IMG/VR virus record: IMGVR_UViG_3300046782_000291
Span: 692-64,691 of that record
From: a virus
Lineage: Duplodnaviria > Caudoviricetes
Length of the DNA: 64,000 nucleotides
Direction: 5' to 3' (one strand)
Of this stretch, positions 30,632 to 39,529 are shown piece after piece. Position numbers and translations under genes: made by a program. The notes beneath the pieces were generated by a model, which had not been told where the DNA came from, did no database searches, and worked only from the letters and a program-made list of their open reading frames with translations. The stretch's first letter is position 1, and every line of letters begins with the position of its first letter.

Positions 30632-31776
30632 GCCCAGCGACTGAGCCGGTCACTGGGCCTATTCACGTTGACGGCGTTGCGTTCAAGACGGAGACTGGCG
30701 AGGGCTGGCAGTGGCGCGGGTCCACTGATTTCCTCCTCTACTGGCGCTGGCTGACTGGTCAAGACATCGAGCCGGTCTTGCAAGACCGGATCAGCGCTGG
30801 TGTCAACCTCGTGCGTGTCCTGGGCATGGTGGATAGCTTCGAGCACTTCTATCCACAGGAGCATCCCGAGTATTACACTCGGCTCCGCCCCTTCGCAGAC
30901 ATGCTCGCATCCCGAGGGTTGCGCATGGAGTTCGTCCCATTTGCGGATGCACTCATCATCATGCCCTCGGAGTCGCAGCGTGAGGAGCACGCGAACCGAG
31001 TCATCGAGGCGTTGGCCCACCATCCCGCCGTCTTCATCGAACCGGCCAACGAACCGGGTCATGGCGACCAGATCAGCGAGGAAGAAGCCCATACCCTCGG
31101 ACTGCGGATGCAAGGGCAAGGCATTCCCATTGCCACGAGCATCTGGGCAGAGTCTATTCCCGAGGGGACAACAGCCGTTCCAACACTGGACTTTGGCACG
31201 CACCATCCGGACCGAGGTGATGAGTGGCCTCGGTTCTGCCGCGCACTCGATGAGGTGTGCAAGGGCTGGGGTTGGCCGGATGGAACCTCGTTTGCCGGTT
31301 TGCACGTGCCGATGGTGGGCGACGAACCGATGGGTGCGGCGGAGACGGATCAACCTGGTCGGCGTTCGAATGTACCCAGTGACTTCCGGGAGTATGCGAA
31401 CGGGTGCGCACTGATGGGTGCCGGCGCGACGTTCCATTCAGACGACGGCATTGACTCCGTGGTCTGGGGTCCGAAGCAGCGGGAGTGCGCACTGGCCTTC
31501 TTCGCGGGGCTCAGCTACGTTCCCGTCGAATGCCAGTTGGCTCCGTATCAGCGTGGCGGAGCGGGTGGCGGGTCAGGCGTGGGCAACATGCCCATCGTCC
31601 ACTACGATCTGAACGAGAACACCGACCCAGGCGCGTTGCGCAGCTACGCGAAATTGGACAAGGACGGGAACGAATACGCACTGGCCATCCGCGCCACGGT
31701 TCCCGATCTGGTGCCACGCGACGGCTGGCGGTTGGTTGAGCAGCCGTTCCGAGGGATTGGCAAACTGACGCGGTAG
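30610..31776 (+). CDS. Glycoside-hydrolase-like TIM barrel (clan GH-A-like), probably expressed by -1 frameshift from the upstream gene
   Basis: Frame open from 30550 with no ATG/GTG/TTG until 30778; IHVDG..F....G..W.W.G..DF, G.NLVRV, IEPANEP and V.DEP motifs. Confidence 0.6.
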   Translation, partial: QKTAFQLGPATEPVTGPIHVDGVAFKTETGEGWQWRGSTDFLLYWRWLTGQDIEPVLQDRISAGVNLVRVLGMVDSFEHFYPQEHPEYYTRLRPFADMLASRGLRMEFVPFADALIIMPSESQREEHANRVIEALAHHPAVFIEPANEPGHGDQISEEEAHTLGLRMQGQGIPIATSIWAESIPEGTTAVPTLDFGTHHPDRGDEWPRFCRALDEVCKGWGWPDGTSFAGLHVPMVGDEPMGAAETDQPGRRSNVPSDFREYANGCALMGAGATFHSDDGIDSVVWGPKQRECALAFFAGLSYVPVECQLAPYQRGGAGGGSGVGNMPIVHYDLNENTDPGALRSYAKLDKDGNEYALAIRATVPDLVPRDGWRLVEQPFRGIGKLTR

Positions 31777-31779
31777 GAC

Positions 31780-31884
31780 GTGGACGAACCTGATCCGTAT
31801 CTGTGGGTTCTGAAGCTCTTGCCCGCGTTCCTTGTCGTTGTAGGAGTCTTGGTATTCCTGCTGACTAGTAGACGAAGGAAGTAG
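31780..31884 (+). CDS. Small TM peptide (34 aa), possible lysis accessory
   Basis: Hydrophobic helix followed by RRRK; not in ORF track. Confidence 0.4.
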   Translation: MDEPDPYLWVLKLLPAFLVVVGVLVFLLTSRRRK

Positions 31885-31891
31885 AGGTCAT

Positions 31892-32032
31892 ATGAGATTG
31901 GTCTTGCTTGTGTTCGCGTTGGTGTGTTTTGTCCTCGCCACGTTGACGATGACGCAGCCCTACCATCCCCGTCTACTTGCGGCTGGGCTGGCATTCCTCA
32001 CCGCGTCGATGATTCCCTGGCCGGTGCTCTGA
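31892..32032 (+). CDS. Two-TM small protein (46 aa), holin candidate
   Basis: GAGG RBS; MRLVLLVFALVCFVLATL...LLAAGLAFLTASMIPWPVL. Confidence 0.45.
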   Translation: MRLVLLVFALVCFVLATLTMTQPYHPRLLAAGLAFLTASMIPWPVL

Positions 32033-32186
32033 CGTGGCTGGAAGAAGGGCACGAAGTTCTCCGCCGACTCGGGGCGGAGTCGGGTAAACTCGGGAGGACC
32101 TCCGAGGGCTGGTCTTCGGGAGGAACCACTGGGCGTAGCTATCCTAGTGGAGTTGGTTGAATGCGCGTTCAAGAGAGTAGGTCCGA

Positions 32187-32858
32187 ATGAAGAAGACGTT
32201 GATGTTCCTCGCGTGTCTCGCTGTCGCTGGTGTGGCGTCAGCAAGCACCATCTTGCAATTCACCCAGGTCGGATTCAACACACCGTTCGTGTTCTCCGGC
32301 AATGGGACGACGACCACGTTGGCGGCGACGAATGTGCCTATCGTGGTGGTGTTCGATCCGAACTTCTGCCTGGTGGTCGGCTGCGGCGGAGTGACGCCGG
32401 GGTTGTTCTCGTTGAACGTGTCCGCGACCAGTACGGGTCCGGACACGGTCGTGGGCACGGCGTTGACGCAGCAGTTCAGCGGGAGTCTGTCGATCACGCA
32501 GGGCGCGACGAACTTGCTGAGCGTGCTGTTCTCGGATCTGACGAGTGGGAGCGTTGGTGGGTCGAATCCAACGATGCAGGCGAGTCAGCCGCCCAATACG
32601 TTCACGGGGTCGAGCAACGTGCTGGACCCGGCCAAACTCGGGTTGCCCAGGGGCTTCGCGTTCAGCTTCAGCAATATGAGTCCTGGCTTAGCCTCGTTCG
32701 GCACGTCCATTCGTAGCGGACGGGCGGATGCGACGGGCACGTTCAACGCCACACCGGTTCCTCCGGTGCCGGAGCCGGCAACGATTGCGTTGTTCGGCAC
32801 TGGGTTGATCGGGATGGCGGCACTGGTGCGACGGAAGCGCCAGCAGCCGAGAGTGTAA
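32187..32858 (+). CDS. PEP-CTERM sorting-domain surface protein
   Basis: N-terminal signal peptide; Ser/Thr/Gly-rich body; C-terminal VPEPAT + TM helix + RRKR. Confidence 0.9.
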   Translation: MKKTLMFLACLAVAGVASASTILQFTQVGFNTPFVFSGNGTTTTLAATNVPIVVVFDPNFCLVVGCGGVTPGLFSLNVSATSTGPDTVVGTALTQQFSGSLSITQGATNLLSVLFSDLTSGSVGGSNPTMQASQPPNTFTGSSNVLDPAKLGLPRGFAFSFSNMSPGLASFGTSIRSGRADATGTFNATPVPPVPEPATIALFGTGLIGMAALVRRKRQQPRV

Positions 32859-32887
32859 GCCCTCGGGATTGGGCCCCGTGGGCTTTC
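32857..32887 (+). terminator. Probable intrinsic terminator ending the late operon
   Basis: AAGCCCTCGGG...CCCGTGGGCTTT hairpin right after the stop codon. Confidence 0.5.
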
Positions 32888-33249
32888 ACATGAACGCCGA
32901 TGGACATGAACGCCGATGTCAACAAGGCGTGACTTCGCTGGGTGGAGAGAACCCAGCACTTTGAAGTCGCTGCTCAACACCACCACTGCTTGAACTCCAG
33001 TGGCCTCAATCCGTAGTGATGTCTCTCCCTTATGGATTTGGTTTGAGCAGCGACTTGAAGGTGGTTGATGACGGCGGGAGGGCGGGAACGGTCCGAGGGC
33101 GGGAGGGCGGGAAGGATTGAGGACGGCTCCGGGCCACCGTAGGGCTGGCGCGGACGGAACGCCTGGAGGGTACCCCAGCCCTCCAGGCGTTCGTCGTTTC
33201 TACGTGGCCCCGAGCCGAAATCCGGACGGCTCCGGGGCGGGTCCGAGGG

Positions 33250-33606
33250 TCACGCGTCCTCCTTCTTCGGCTCCGGGGTGATATCGGCCTTGTACTTGGC
33301 GTGGCGGAGTGCCTGCTGGATGACTCCTGCCACATTCTCCCTCGGGAGTCCAGCCGCCCGAGCCGCATGGACGGCTCTGGTGATGGCCCCACTGAGTTCG
33401 ATCATGGCGGAGGTTTCAGCGGTCTTGCCTGAATGGACGGGTTTCATCGCTCTGATCTCCTGGTAGCAGTTGTCACAGACGATCTCCATTGGACCGCTGT
33501 CGTAGTCCACGCCGAAGTTCCGCTTGAGTTCCTCGGCAGCATCCGCGTGCGAGGTGACCGTTTCAAACGACCGGCCACATGCCGCGCAGGTGAACATGAC
33601 CGTCAT
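33250..33606 (-). CDS. Hypothetical Zn-finger protein
   Basis: CAAC...CDNC. Confidence 0.55.
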   Translation of the reverse strand: MTVMFTCAACGRSFETVTSHADAAEELKRNFGVDYDSGPMEIVCDNCYQEIRAMKPVHSGKTAETSAMIELSGAITRAVHAARAAGLPRENVAGVIQQALRHAKYKADITPEPKKEDA

Positions 33607-33685
33607 TGTTGGTTCTTCTTTTGTCCAAGGTTGTACCCGAGGATGAAGATGCCGACGAAGATGATGAGTTGGACCAAGTCATGCA

Positions 33686-34393
33686 TCATTCACCCAATGC
33701 CTTTCTGAGCGCCTCAAGCTTGGCTCTCAATTCCGCGTTCTCATTCGTGGTTGCGATGAGATACTCGCGCATGTCCTGGAGACTCTTGATCATCGTGTCG
33801 AGAATCTCCACCGACACGTCCACCATCTGCGCCGATGACCGGAGGATGGACTTTGGGACGCCGGTGCGGTGTTGCTTCTTGCGAAGGTTGCTCACCATCT
33901 GAGCGAGGGACATCTCAGTGGTGACAATCTCCATCTCCTGCGCCTTGATGAGAAGGGCACGGGCATTCTCGATGTTCGTCTTGCTGAAGTCAACGAACGG
34001 ATGGAGGGCTTTCAATCGGCCTTGCTTCGGTTCGGTCTCGTCACGGGTTTTCTTCTTCACGTCGTCCTCGCTGGTCTGGGTGGGTCGATGAAGGGCCAGG
34101 AGTTCTCGCACCTGGCGTGCGATGACTCCGGTTCCCTCGGGGTTGAAGATGGTGATCTGTTTCTTCCGGGCTTCAGCGACGATCTTGCCGAAGGCGGCAT
34201 GGCTGATGAATCGCGTCATGAAGATGGCGCGTGTGTTCGAGGGAAGGTCCTTGTCGGTCCAGTGCTGATTCTGGCTTTCCCACATGACCACCCTCGGGTT
34301 CTCCTTGATGTCATCATCAAAGTTGCTCGCCTTCGTGCCCACGAGCAAGACGACTCCGCTGTCTAGTGGCTGGAGGGGTTTGTCGGTGTTCAT
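33686..34393 (-). CDS. Hypothetical protein (DUF2325-like N-terminus, coiled-coil C-terminus)
   Basis: VLLVG...T.FISH motif. Confidence 0.55.
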   Translation of the reverse strand: MNTDKPLQPLDSGVVLLVGTKASNFDDDIKENPRVVMWESQNQHWTDKDLPSNTRAIFMTRFISHAAFGKIVAEARKKQITIFNPEGTGVIARQVRELLALHRPTQTSEDDVKKKTRDETEPKQGRLKALHPFVDFSKTNIENARALLIKAQEMEIVTTEMSLAQMVSNLRKKQHRTGVPKSILRSSAQMVDVSVEILDTMIKSLQDMREYLIATTNENAELRAKLEALRKALGE

Positions 34394-34791
34394 GGTTCAA
34401 TTCTCCCATCTGGGTGGATCACGTAGATGGTCCTCGATTGTTTCCGGGCGTAGCGCACCGTGGACCACGTGCCCGAGCGGAGGGTCTCCGAGGTTCGAGG
34501 CGCAGCGATGAGCACGTGTGACGCGTCAACGATGTGCTTGTTCCTCTGGAGATACTTGAAACGCTCCGCCACGTGACCGCCTTGACAGAAGGCACGCTTG
34601 ATGGACTCTATCGGCGGATGGACCACGATCCGGATCTTGAGACTCCTCGCGAGATTGTGCGCCTGTGCGTCTGCGCCGATACAATCGCCATGATGGAGTT
34701 CGGTGGCTCCGAGTTGACCGAGGAGGTCCACCACGGTGGTGGATTGCTCCTCGGTCATCCCGTGTGAGGTGCCGGTGAAGCCGATAATCAT
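34390..34791 (-). CDS. SLOG/DprA-like Rossmann protein
   Basis: IGFTG, HHGDCIGAD, RN..IV and SGTW.TVRYA motifs. Confidence 0.75.
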   Translation of the reverse strand: MIIGFTGTSHGMTEEQSTTVVDLLGQLGATELHHGDCIGADAQAHNLARSLKIRIVVHPPIESIKRAFCQGGHVAERFKYLQRNKHIVDASHVLIAAPRTSETLRSGTWSTVRYARKQSRTIYVIHPDGRIEP

Positions 34792-35657
34792 TCGCCCTCC
34801 TCCGCCCAGCGGTCCCACCGAGGGTGCCGATAGTTCGCGCCGATTTTCTCCTGGTATTCAATACGCAGGCGACGACCAATCGCGGGATGTCCATCCATCC
34901 AATCCACCGGGGCTTCTGCCTCGAACGCACGGCACTGCGCATCGTCGATGGTCTTGACTTGCGTCTCCACGCCGTCGTCATCCCTCAGCACCGTCACCGC
35001 GTAAGGTCCACGATTCATGATGGTGCCTTTGGACGCCTGGAAGCCGATGACCGTGAGCACCGCCGTCTTCAGCCCCTTGAGCTTGATCCAGTCCTCCTTC
35101 GGACGTTTCCCTGGGCTGTAGCGAGCCGCAATGCGCTTGACGATGAGCCCTTCCTTGCCCATCGCGAACATGTCGGCCAGGAGTTGGTTCACATCCGGGA
35201 AGGAGTTCACCTTGACCACCAGCGAGAGGCGGAGGTGGCGCGACTGGATGTGTGGTCGTTTGAATATCTCCTCCAGATACGCACGCCGTTCGGTCCACGG
35301 CTGCATGATGGTATTGGTTCGGAGGAGTTCTAGCACGTCGAAGATGACGTACACCAGGCTGGACGCCTGGGTGAGTTCCGTCACATTGTGAGACTTACCC
35401 TCGGGTGCGATGAGTTCGCCATCGTAGATGCCGTTGGGTAGCTTGACGAGGGCGGTGACGAGGTGGAAGGGCAACAACCGGACCTTCCCGTCACGACTCC
35501 ACGCGGTGATGACCGCCGTTCCGTTGAGCGGCACTTCGCTCCGTTCCACGATGAGCCGGTGCCCATCATATTTTTGTTCCGCTACGTATTTGCCTGGAGT
35601 AATCACCAGTGGCGTCTTGGGCATCGCTGCTGCTAGCATGGGTTCTATGAAGCTCAT
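34788..35657 (-). CDS. lig: ATP-dependent DNA ligase
   Basis: EQKYDGHR, DGEL, FDVL, EGLIVK, WIKLK and RHPR motifs. Confidence 0.92.
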   Translation of the reverse strand: MSFIEPMLAAAMPKTPLVITPGKYVAEQKYDGHRLIVERSEVPLNGTAVITAWSRDGKVRLLPFHLVTALVKLPNGIYDGELIAPEGKSHNVTELTQASSLVYVIFDVLELLRTNTIMQPWTERRAYLEEIFKRPHIQSRHLRLSLVVKVNSFPDVNQLLADMFAMGKEGLIVKRIAARYSPGKRPKEDWIKLKGLKTAVLTVIGFQASKGTIMNRGPYAVTVLRDDDGVETQVKTIDDAQCRAFEAEAPVDWMDGHPAIGRRLRIEYQEKIGANYRHPRWDRWAEEGE

Positions 35658-35998
35658 TTGAAACGTCCTTTGGTATCACGTGATTGGTTACTATGAGAAC
35701 CTTCGAACACTCCAGTCATCGCTCCTTCTCTGGCGTGGTCGGCTTGGTGTTGCTTCGCGTTGATAGCTTCTAGGTTGTCTGGGCTATCATCTGAGCGGTC
35801 GCCGTTGATGTGGTGAGCTACTTCCTCCTGGACCAAGAGTCTGCCTAGCTTCTCCTCCAACACAAGGTCCGCACGCTTGGCGTAGTTCCTAGATGCCCGG
35901 TGGTATCCTGGTTTCCAGATGTAACAGTAGTCCTCCGTCCATTTGACTCCGCCCTTCCAATTCCAGTGGAGTGGGCCAGACTGGTCTTTCAAGCTCAT
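35654..35998 (-). CDS. HNH endonuclease
   Basis: HWNWKGG...LGRLL...EVAHHINGDRSDD...NL. Confidence 0.8.
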   Translation of the reverse strand: MSLKDQSGPLHWNWKGGVKWTEDYCYIWKPGYHRASRNYAKRADLVLEEKLGRLLVQEEVAHHINGDRSDDSPDNLEAINAKQHQADHAREGAMTGVFEGSHSNQSRDTKGRFK

Positions 35999-36240
35999 TG
36001 TTTGTCTCCTGTCTCCAGAACCACGACGTTGCCGACGAGTGCCATGCCGAAGAGGTGCGAGGCTATCGCGTTGAAGGGCAGGCCGGTGAGCATTCCCTCC
36101 TCATTGCAGTAGGCACGGGCGTTGGTTCCCGGCACCGCCTCGATGTAGCCACCCACCGCCTGCTGGAGTTGCTCCAGAGTCACCTTGCGACCCTGGAGAT
36201 CCACCTGTTCCATCGTCCCATCCGCCTTGTAGATTTTCAT
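35995..36240 (-). CDS. DUF3846-like protein
   Basis: LEQLQQAVGGYIE..YCNEEG...LPFN..A....LVGNVV. Confidence 0.75.
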   Translation of the reverse strand: MKIYKADGTMEQVDLQGRKVTLEQLQQAVGGYIEAVPGTNARAYCNEEGMLTGLPFNAIASHLFGMALVGNVVVLETGDKQ

Positions 36241-36566
36241 GAGTTCACCTCGTGTTCGAGGTCGTTGAGCGCCTCTGCGGTGCCCGGGTCCTCGATGGTG
36301 AGGTCATCGTGGTCCTGGACGAACGACTCGAACGTCGTGATGAACTCATCCACGGCTTCGCCGCGTTCACCCTCTTGCCACGCCTCTGACTTGTCGTCGA
36401 AGTCTCCACGCATTGACGAGGCCAGGTCTTCCACGAACCCTTTGGCGAGGTTCAACTGGACGTTGTACGCGGTGACCGCTGCCTCCACCTCCGCGAACGC
36501 GGTGTTGAGGTTGTCGCGGTGCTTCATGAGTCGTTCGGTGTCGGTCTTCTTGAGTTTGAATGACAT
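36237..36566 (-). CDS. Hypothetical acidic protein
   Basis: AAGGAG RBS; D.KSE.WQE.ERG motif. Confidence 0.65.
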   Translation of the reverse strand: MSFKLKKTDTERLMKHRDNLNTAFAEVEAAVTAYNVQLNLAKGFVEDLASSMRGDFDDKSEAWQEGERGEAVDEFITTFESFVQDHDDLTIEDPGTAEALNDLEHEVNS

Positions 36567-36601
36567 GGTTCTCTCCTTGTTGGTTGACGTGAACTCGGGA
36601 T

Positions 36602-36838
36602 CTAGTAGCCTTCTCCGCTGCCGGAGGTTCCGCTGTGCCGCCCCCGGCCACCGGAGGGCTTCCCCGGCTGGCCGGACAACGCGGCGGTCAGGTAGTGCGT
36701 CGCGCCTCTGAGAAGGACCTCAGCCAGCGCCTCGATGTGCTGGTCTGCGGTCTTCGCATCGGTGTTTAGGTCGCTGTCCTCGATGACTACGGTGGCGAAT
36801 CGTCTGGCCATACGAGCAATGAATGCCGGGTCGCTCAT
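36602..36838 (-). CDS. Hypothetical protein
   Basis: ATGA overlap with the helicase stop; AAGGAG RBS. Confidence 0.5.
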   Translation of the reverse strand: MSDPAFIARMARRFATVVIEDSDLNTDAKTADQHIEALAEVLLRGATHYLTAALSGQPGKPSGGRGRHSGTSGSGEGY

Positions 36839-38367
36839 CGGGTCTCCTTCCGGTCGTCAACGACGTAGACCAACTCATGCTTGGCCCGAGTGATGGCGAC
36901 GTATTGAATGTTGAGTTCCTCCTGGTTGTGGTGTTTCATCGTGTCCTGGAGCACGAACACGCGGTCTGCTTCCAGCCCCTTCGCCTTGTGGACCGAGGAG
37001 CACGTCACCATGCCCGCGATGCCCATCCCATCGTCCTTGAAGAGTGCATCAATGCGATCCTCAACGTGGTTGACGGAGTCTGCCCCGTCTGCGAGGCTGA
37101 TGAGCATCGAGGCTTGGTCACGAATCGCCTCAATCTTGCTCTCCACGGTCCGCTGGCGCTGGTCTGTCGAGCCGACCAACAGCATCTCCAGCCGGGCCAC
37201 CTCGCGGGCTTCCCACAGGCCGATCTTGTTGAGTAGGTCCTCGACCGAGGCACCCTTCATCCGTCGCACGAGGCTGGTGAGCCCCATGCCGATGTCCCGT
37301 CCTGCAACGCGGGCACGCTTCCCCGCGCGGAGGAGCCGCATGGCGATGGAGACCAGCGGAGCGTTGACCCGGCTGAGTACGAAGTCACCTGGACCGGCTG
37401 CGCCCGGTAGTGCGGTCAACCCGAGGTGGCTCACAAGACCCTCGGGATTGTTGGGCCCAGCCTCAAAGTCTGGCACGAACATCCGTGCCTCCTCGACAAT
37501 CGCGCGGCCGCAGCGGTAGGTGGTCTTGAGGCCCAGTTCGTCCGCGCTCAGTTCCTCCTTCAGCCGGTCCAGCGACTCGCTGTCGGCTCCTCGGAAAGCG
37601 TACACCGCCTGGCAGTCATCGCCCACAATGCACATCTTCCCACCGTCTCGGAGGATGCCGAGGGTGATCTCCAGCTGGGTGGTCGTCAGGTCCTGCGCTT
37701 CATCGACGATGACGCGGTCATATTGCTTGACCAACCACCCATTCCGGACGGGCAGAAAGATCATGTCGCTGAAATCGATCAGTTCACCCGACTTGACCTG
37801 GGACGCCAGTTCCATCGCGTCCAGTGCCTTCTGCTCGACATATGCGGCCCCAAAGCCCATCCGTGTCCAACGCTCCTCGGGTTCGCATTCGAACTGGATC
37901 TGGAGGCTGGTGAGATCACCGAGGGTGGTGGCATGGGGCGCCATCTCCCGCCCCTTGGTCATGAGCTTGGAGACCAGCCGCTTGATGGTGTCTGGAACCT
38001 CCTTGCCGCAGACACCGTTCACGAGTCTATCAGCGCGCAGGCCGCGTTCCTCTTTGCTCTCTGGATGGAGTCGTTCCCGGAACATCAGCGAGCACGCGAA
38101 GCTGATGGAGTGGATCGTCTTGGAGATGGCCCTGGTGCCCTTCAATCGAGCGTTCAGAACTATCTCGATGGGCTTGTTGAACGCGCACACCATCACATCC
38201 TCGTGACTCGGGATGCGCCGCACGCCTTCGACGATGGTCGTGGTTTTGCCCGTGCCGGCACGAGCACGAACGACGAGGTGGTGGATGATCTCTTGTGGAC
38301 TTGCGAACCAGTTGAAGATTGCCGTCTGCTGGCTTGACCAGACCACGGCGGTTGTCGTGCTACTCAT
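36835..38367 (-). CDS. UvrD/Rep-like SF1 helicase
   Basis: ARAGTGKTT, VDEAQD, VGDDCQAVYAFRGA, TYRC, HKAKGLE and YVAITRAK motifs; probable start ATG 38367. Confidence 0.9.
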   Translation of the reverse strand: MSSTTTAVVWSSQQTAIFNWFASPQEIIHHLVVRARAGTGKTTTIVEGVRRIPSHEDVMVCAFNKPIEIVLNARLKGTRAISKTIHSISFACSLMFRERLHPESKEERGLRADRLVNGVCGKEVPDTIKRLVSKLMTKGREMAPHATTLGDLTSLQIQFECEPEERWTRMGFGAAYVEQKALDAMELASQVKSGELIDFSDMIFLPVRNGWLVKQYDRVIVDEAQDLTTTQLEITLGILRDGGKMCIVGDDCQAVYAFRGADSESLDRLKEELSADELGLKTTYRCGRAIVEEARMFVPDFEAGPNNPEGLVSHLGLTALPGAAGPGDFVLSRVNAPLVSIAMRLLRAGKRARVAGRDIGMGLTSLVRRMKGASVEDLLNKIGLWEAREVARLEMLLVGSTDQRQRTVESKIEAIRDQASMLISLADGADSVNHVEDRIDALFKDDGMGIAGMVTCSSVHKAKGLEADRVFVLQDTMKHHNQEELNIQYVAITRAKHELVYVVDDRKETR

Positions 38368-38500
38368 TGCGTTCTGCCCTTCTTTGAATGCTGCCCAGCA
38401 AATGCCGAAGCAACCGGTTGCTCTACTTCCCCGACTGAAACTGACCCTCGATTCTACGTCCGGACGCCACCCGAGCGGGAGAACTAAATTGCGCCCGTTC

Positions 38501-38670
38501 CCGGAGCCGTCCGGAGCCGTCCGGGAGGACCAGCCGCCTGCCGCCCTCCCGCCCTCGGAGCCGTCCGGGAGACCCGCCCTGGAGGGTTCCCCAGCCCTCC
38601 GCCCTCCCGCCCTCCCGGAGCCGTCCGAGGGCCCAGGAACGGCCCAGAAAACGGCTCCGGGCCACGTAGG
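38501..38670. repeat. Cluster of CGGAGCCGTCCG and GCCCTCCC repeats, with a related cluster at 33071-33250
   Basis: CGGAGCCGTCCG at 38502, 38512, 38556 and 38616; inverted partial copy at 38651; inverted copies at 33121 and 33223. Confidence 0.7.
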
Positions 38671-38778
38671 ACTGACGCAGATTTGGGGCCATCCTACCCT
38701 ACAGGCCCCCTCCCCGATCGTCAGTCCTACGTGGCGGTAGCGGGTCGGAAATTGGCCGCGCAGGGACCCGGACATGCG

Positions 38779-38821
38779 AAATGCCGCCCGGAAGGGTTTT
38801 CACCCTCCCGGACGGCATTTT
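38779..38821 (-). terminator. Intrinsic terminator closing the ribozyme-array operon
   Basis: Minus-strand UGCCGUCCGGGAGGGU-GAAA-ACCCUUCCGGGCGGCA-UUU; the G-U pairs work only on the - strand. Confidence 0.7.
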
Positions 38822-38862
38822 GCGTCCTGCACCGGTGACGTCCGTCACCGTTCCGTTCCTCC

Positions 38863-38946
38863 CTACAACGTCGCCAGCACGCAGAGCATCGCGAGGATGC
38901 CGGCGATGACGAAGCCGATGATGAGGTCCTTCGTCCAGTTCTTCAC
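38863..38946 (-). CDS. 27-aa TM peptide
   Basis: GAGGAGG RBS, GTGA overlap; MKNWTKDLIIGFVIAGILAMLCVLATL. Confidence 0.45.
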   Translation of the reverse strand: MKNWTKDLIIGFVIAGILAMLCVLATL

Positions 38947-39152
38947 TTGCCCTCCTCGGTGGCCTCGCGCACGTCGATGACCTTCACCATCGAGTCGTTC
39001 TGCGGGTGATTCATCGCCATCTGCACGCGGCGCTCAACTTGCTTCGGCGTTTCGGAGCCGTCCGACTCGATCACGAGGACCCGAGCCTTGCCTGACCGTC
39101 TTCGTGACGTGGTCGTCATCGGAACAACGGTCACCAGATACTTCTTCATCAC
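38943..39152 (-). CDS. Hypothetical protein
   Basis: GGAGG RBS. Confidence 0.55.
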   Translation of the reverse strand: MMKKYLVTVVPMTTTSRRRSGKARVLVIESDGSETPKQVERRVQMAMNHPQNDSMVKVIDVREATEEGK

Positions 39153-39161
39153 ATCCTCCAG

Positions 39162-39527
39162 TCACATGCCGTAAGTTCGATACGGGAACGCGGGCTTCAC
39201 GAAGGAGATGCGCTGCGTGTAGTCCAACGCTTCCCACCGTGCGAAGAGATTGGCGCGGTCTTCCGTCGTCCAGCTGCGCGTGCGCTCCTTGAAAATCTCC
39301 TCTGGTCTCCCGGCGTCCAAGCAGATCTCAATCACCAGCGAGCGGGAGACCGTGACGCTGTTTACGCTCTTGCCCTTCTCCTCTGCGATGCTCGTCAGAA
39401 GGTCATAGGCAACCTCATTCCAGACGTCAGCGACGCAGCCCTGGATGAGCTTGAGTTCCGCCTCGTTGAACTCGATCCACGTGCCGTCCTTCTTGTTCTT
39501 GAACCCTCGCGTTGTCGTTGTCTTCAT
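39162..39527 (-). CDS. Hypothetical protein after HH13
   Basis: ATG 2 nt after ribozyme stem II; SD GAGG inside the ribozyme. Confidence 0.7.
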   Translation of the reverse strand: MKTTTTRGFKNKKDGTWIEFNEAELKLIQGCVADVWNEVAYDLLTSIAEEKGKSVNSVTVSRSLVIEICLDAGRPEEIFKERTRSWTTEDRANLFARWEALDYTQRISFVKPAFPYRTYGM

Positions 39528-39529
39528 AA

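Noticed and set aside
38368-38775. N-terminal extension of the UvrD ORF given in the ORF track
   Set aside because: Low-complexity translation of the intergenic repeat cluster; the helicase motifs begin after ATG 38367
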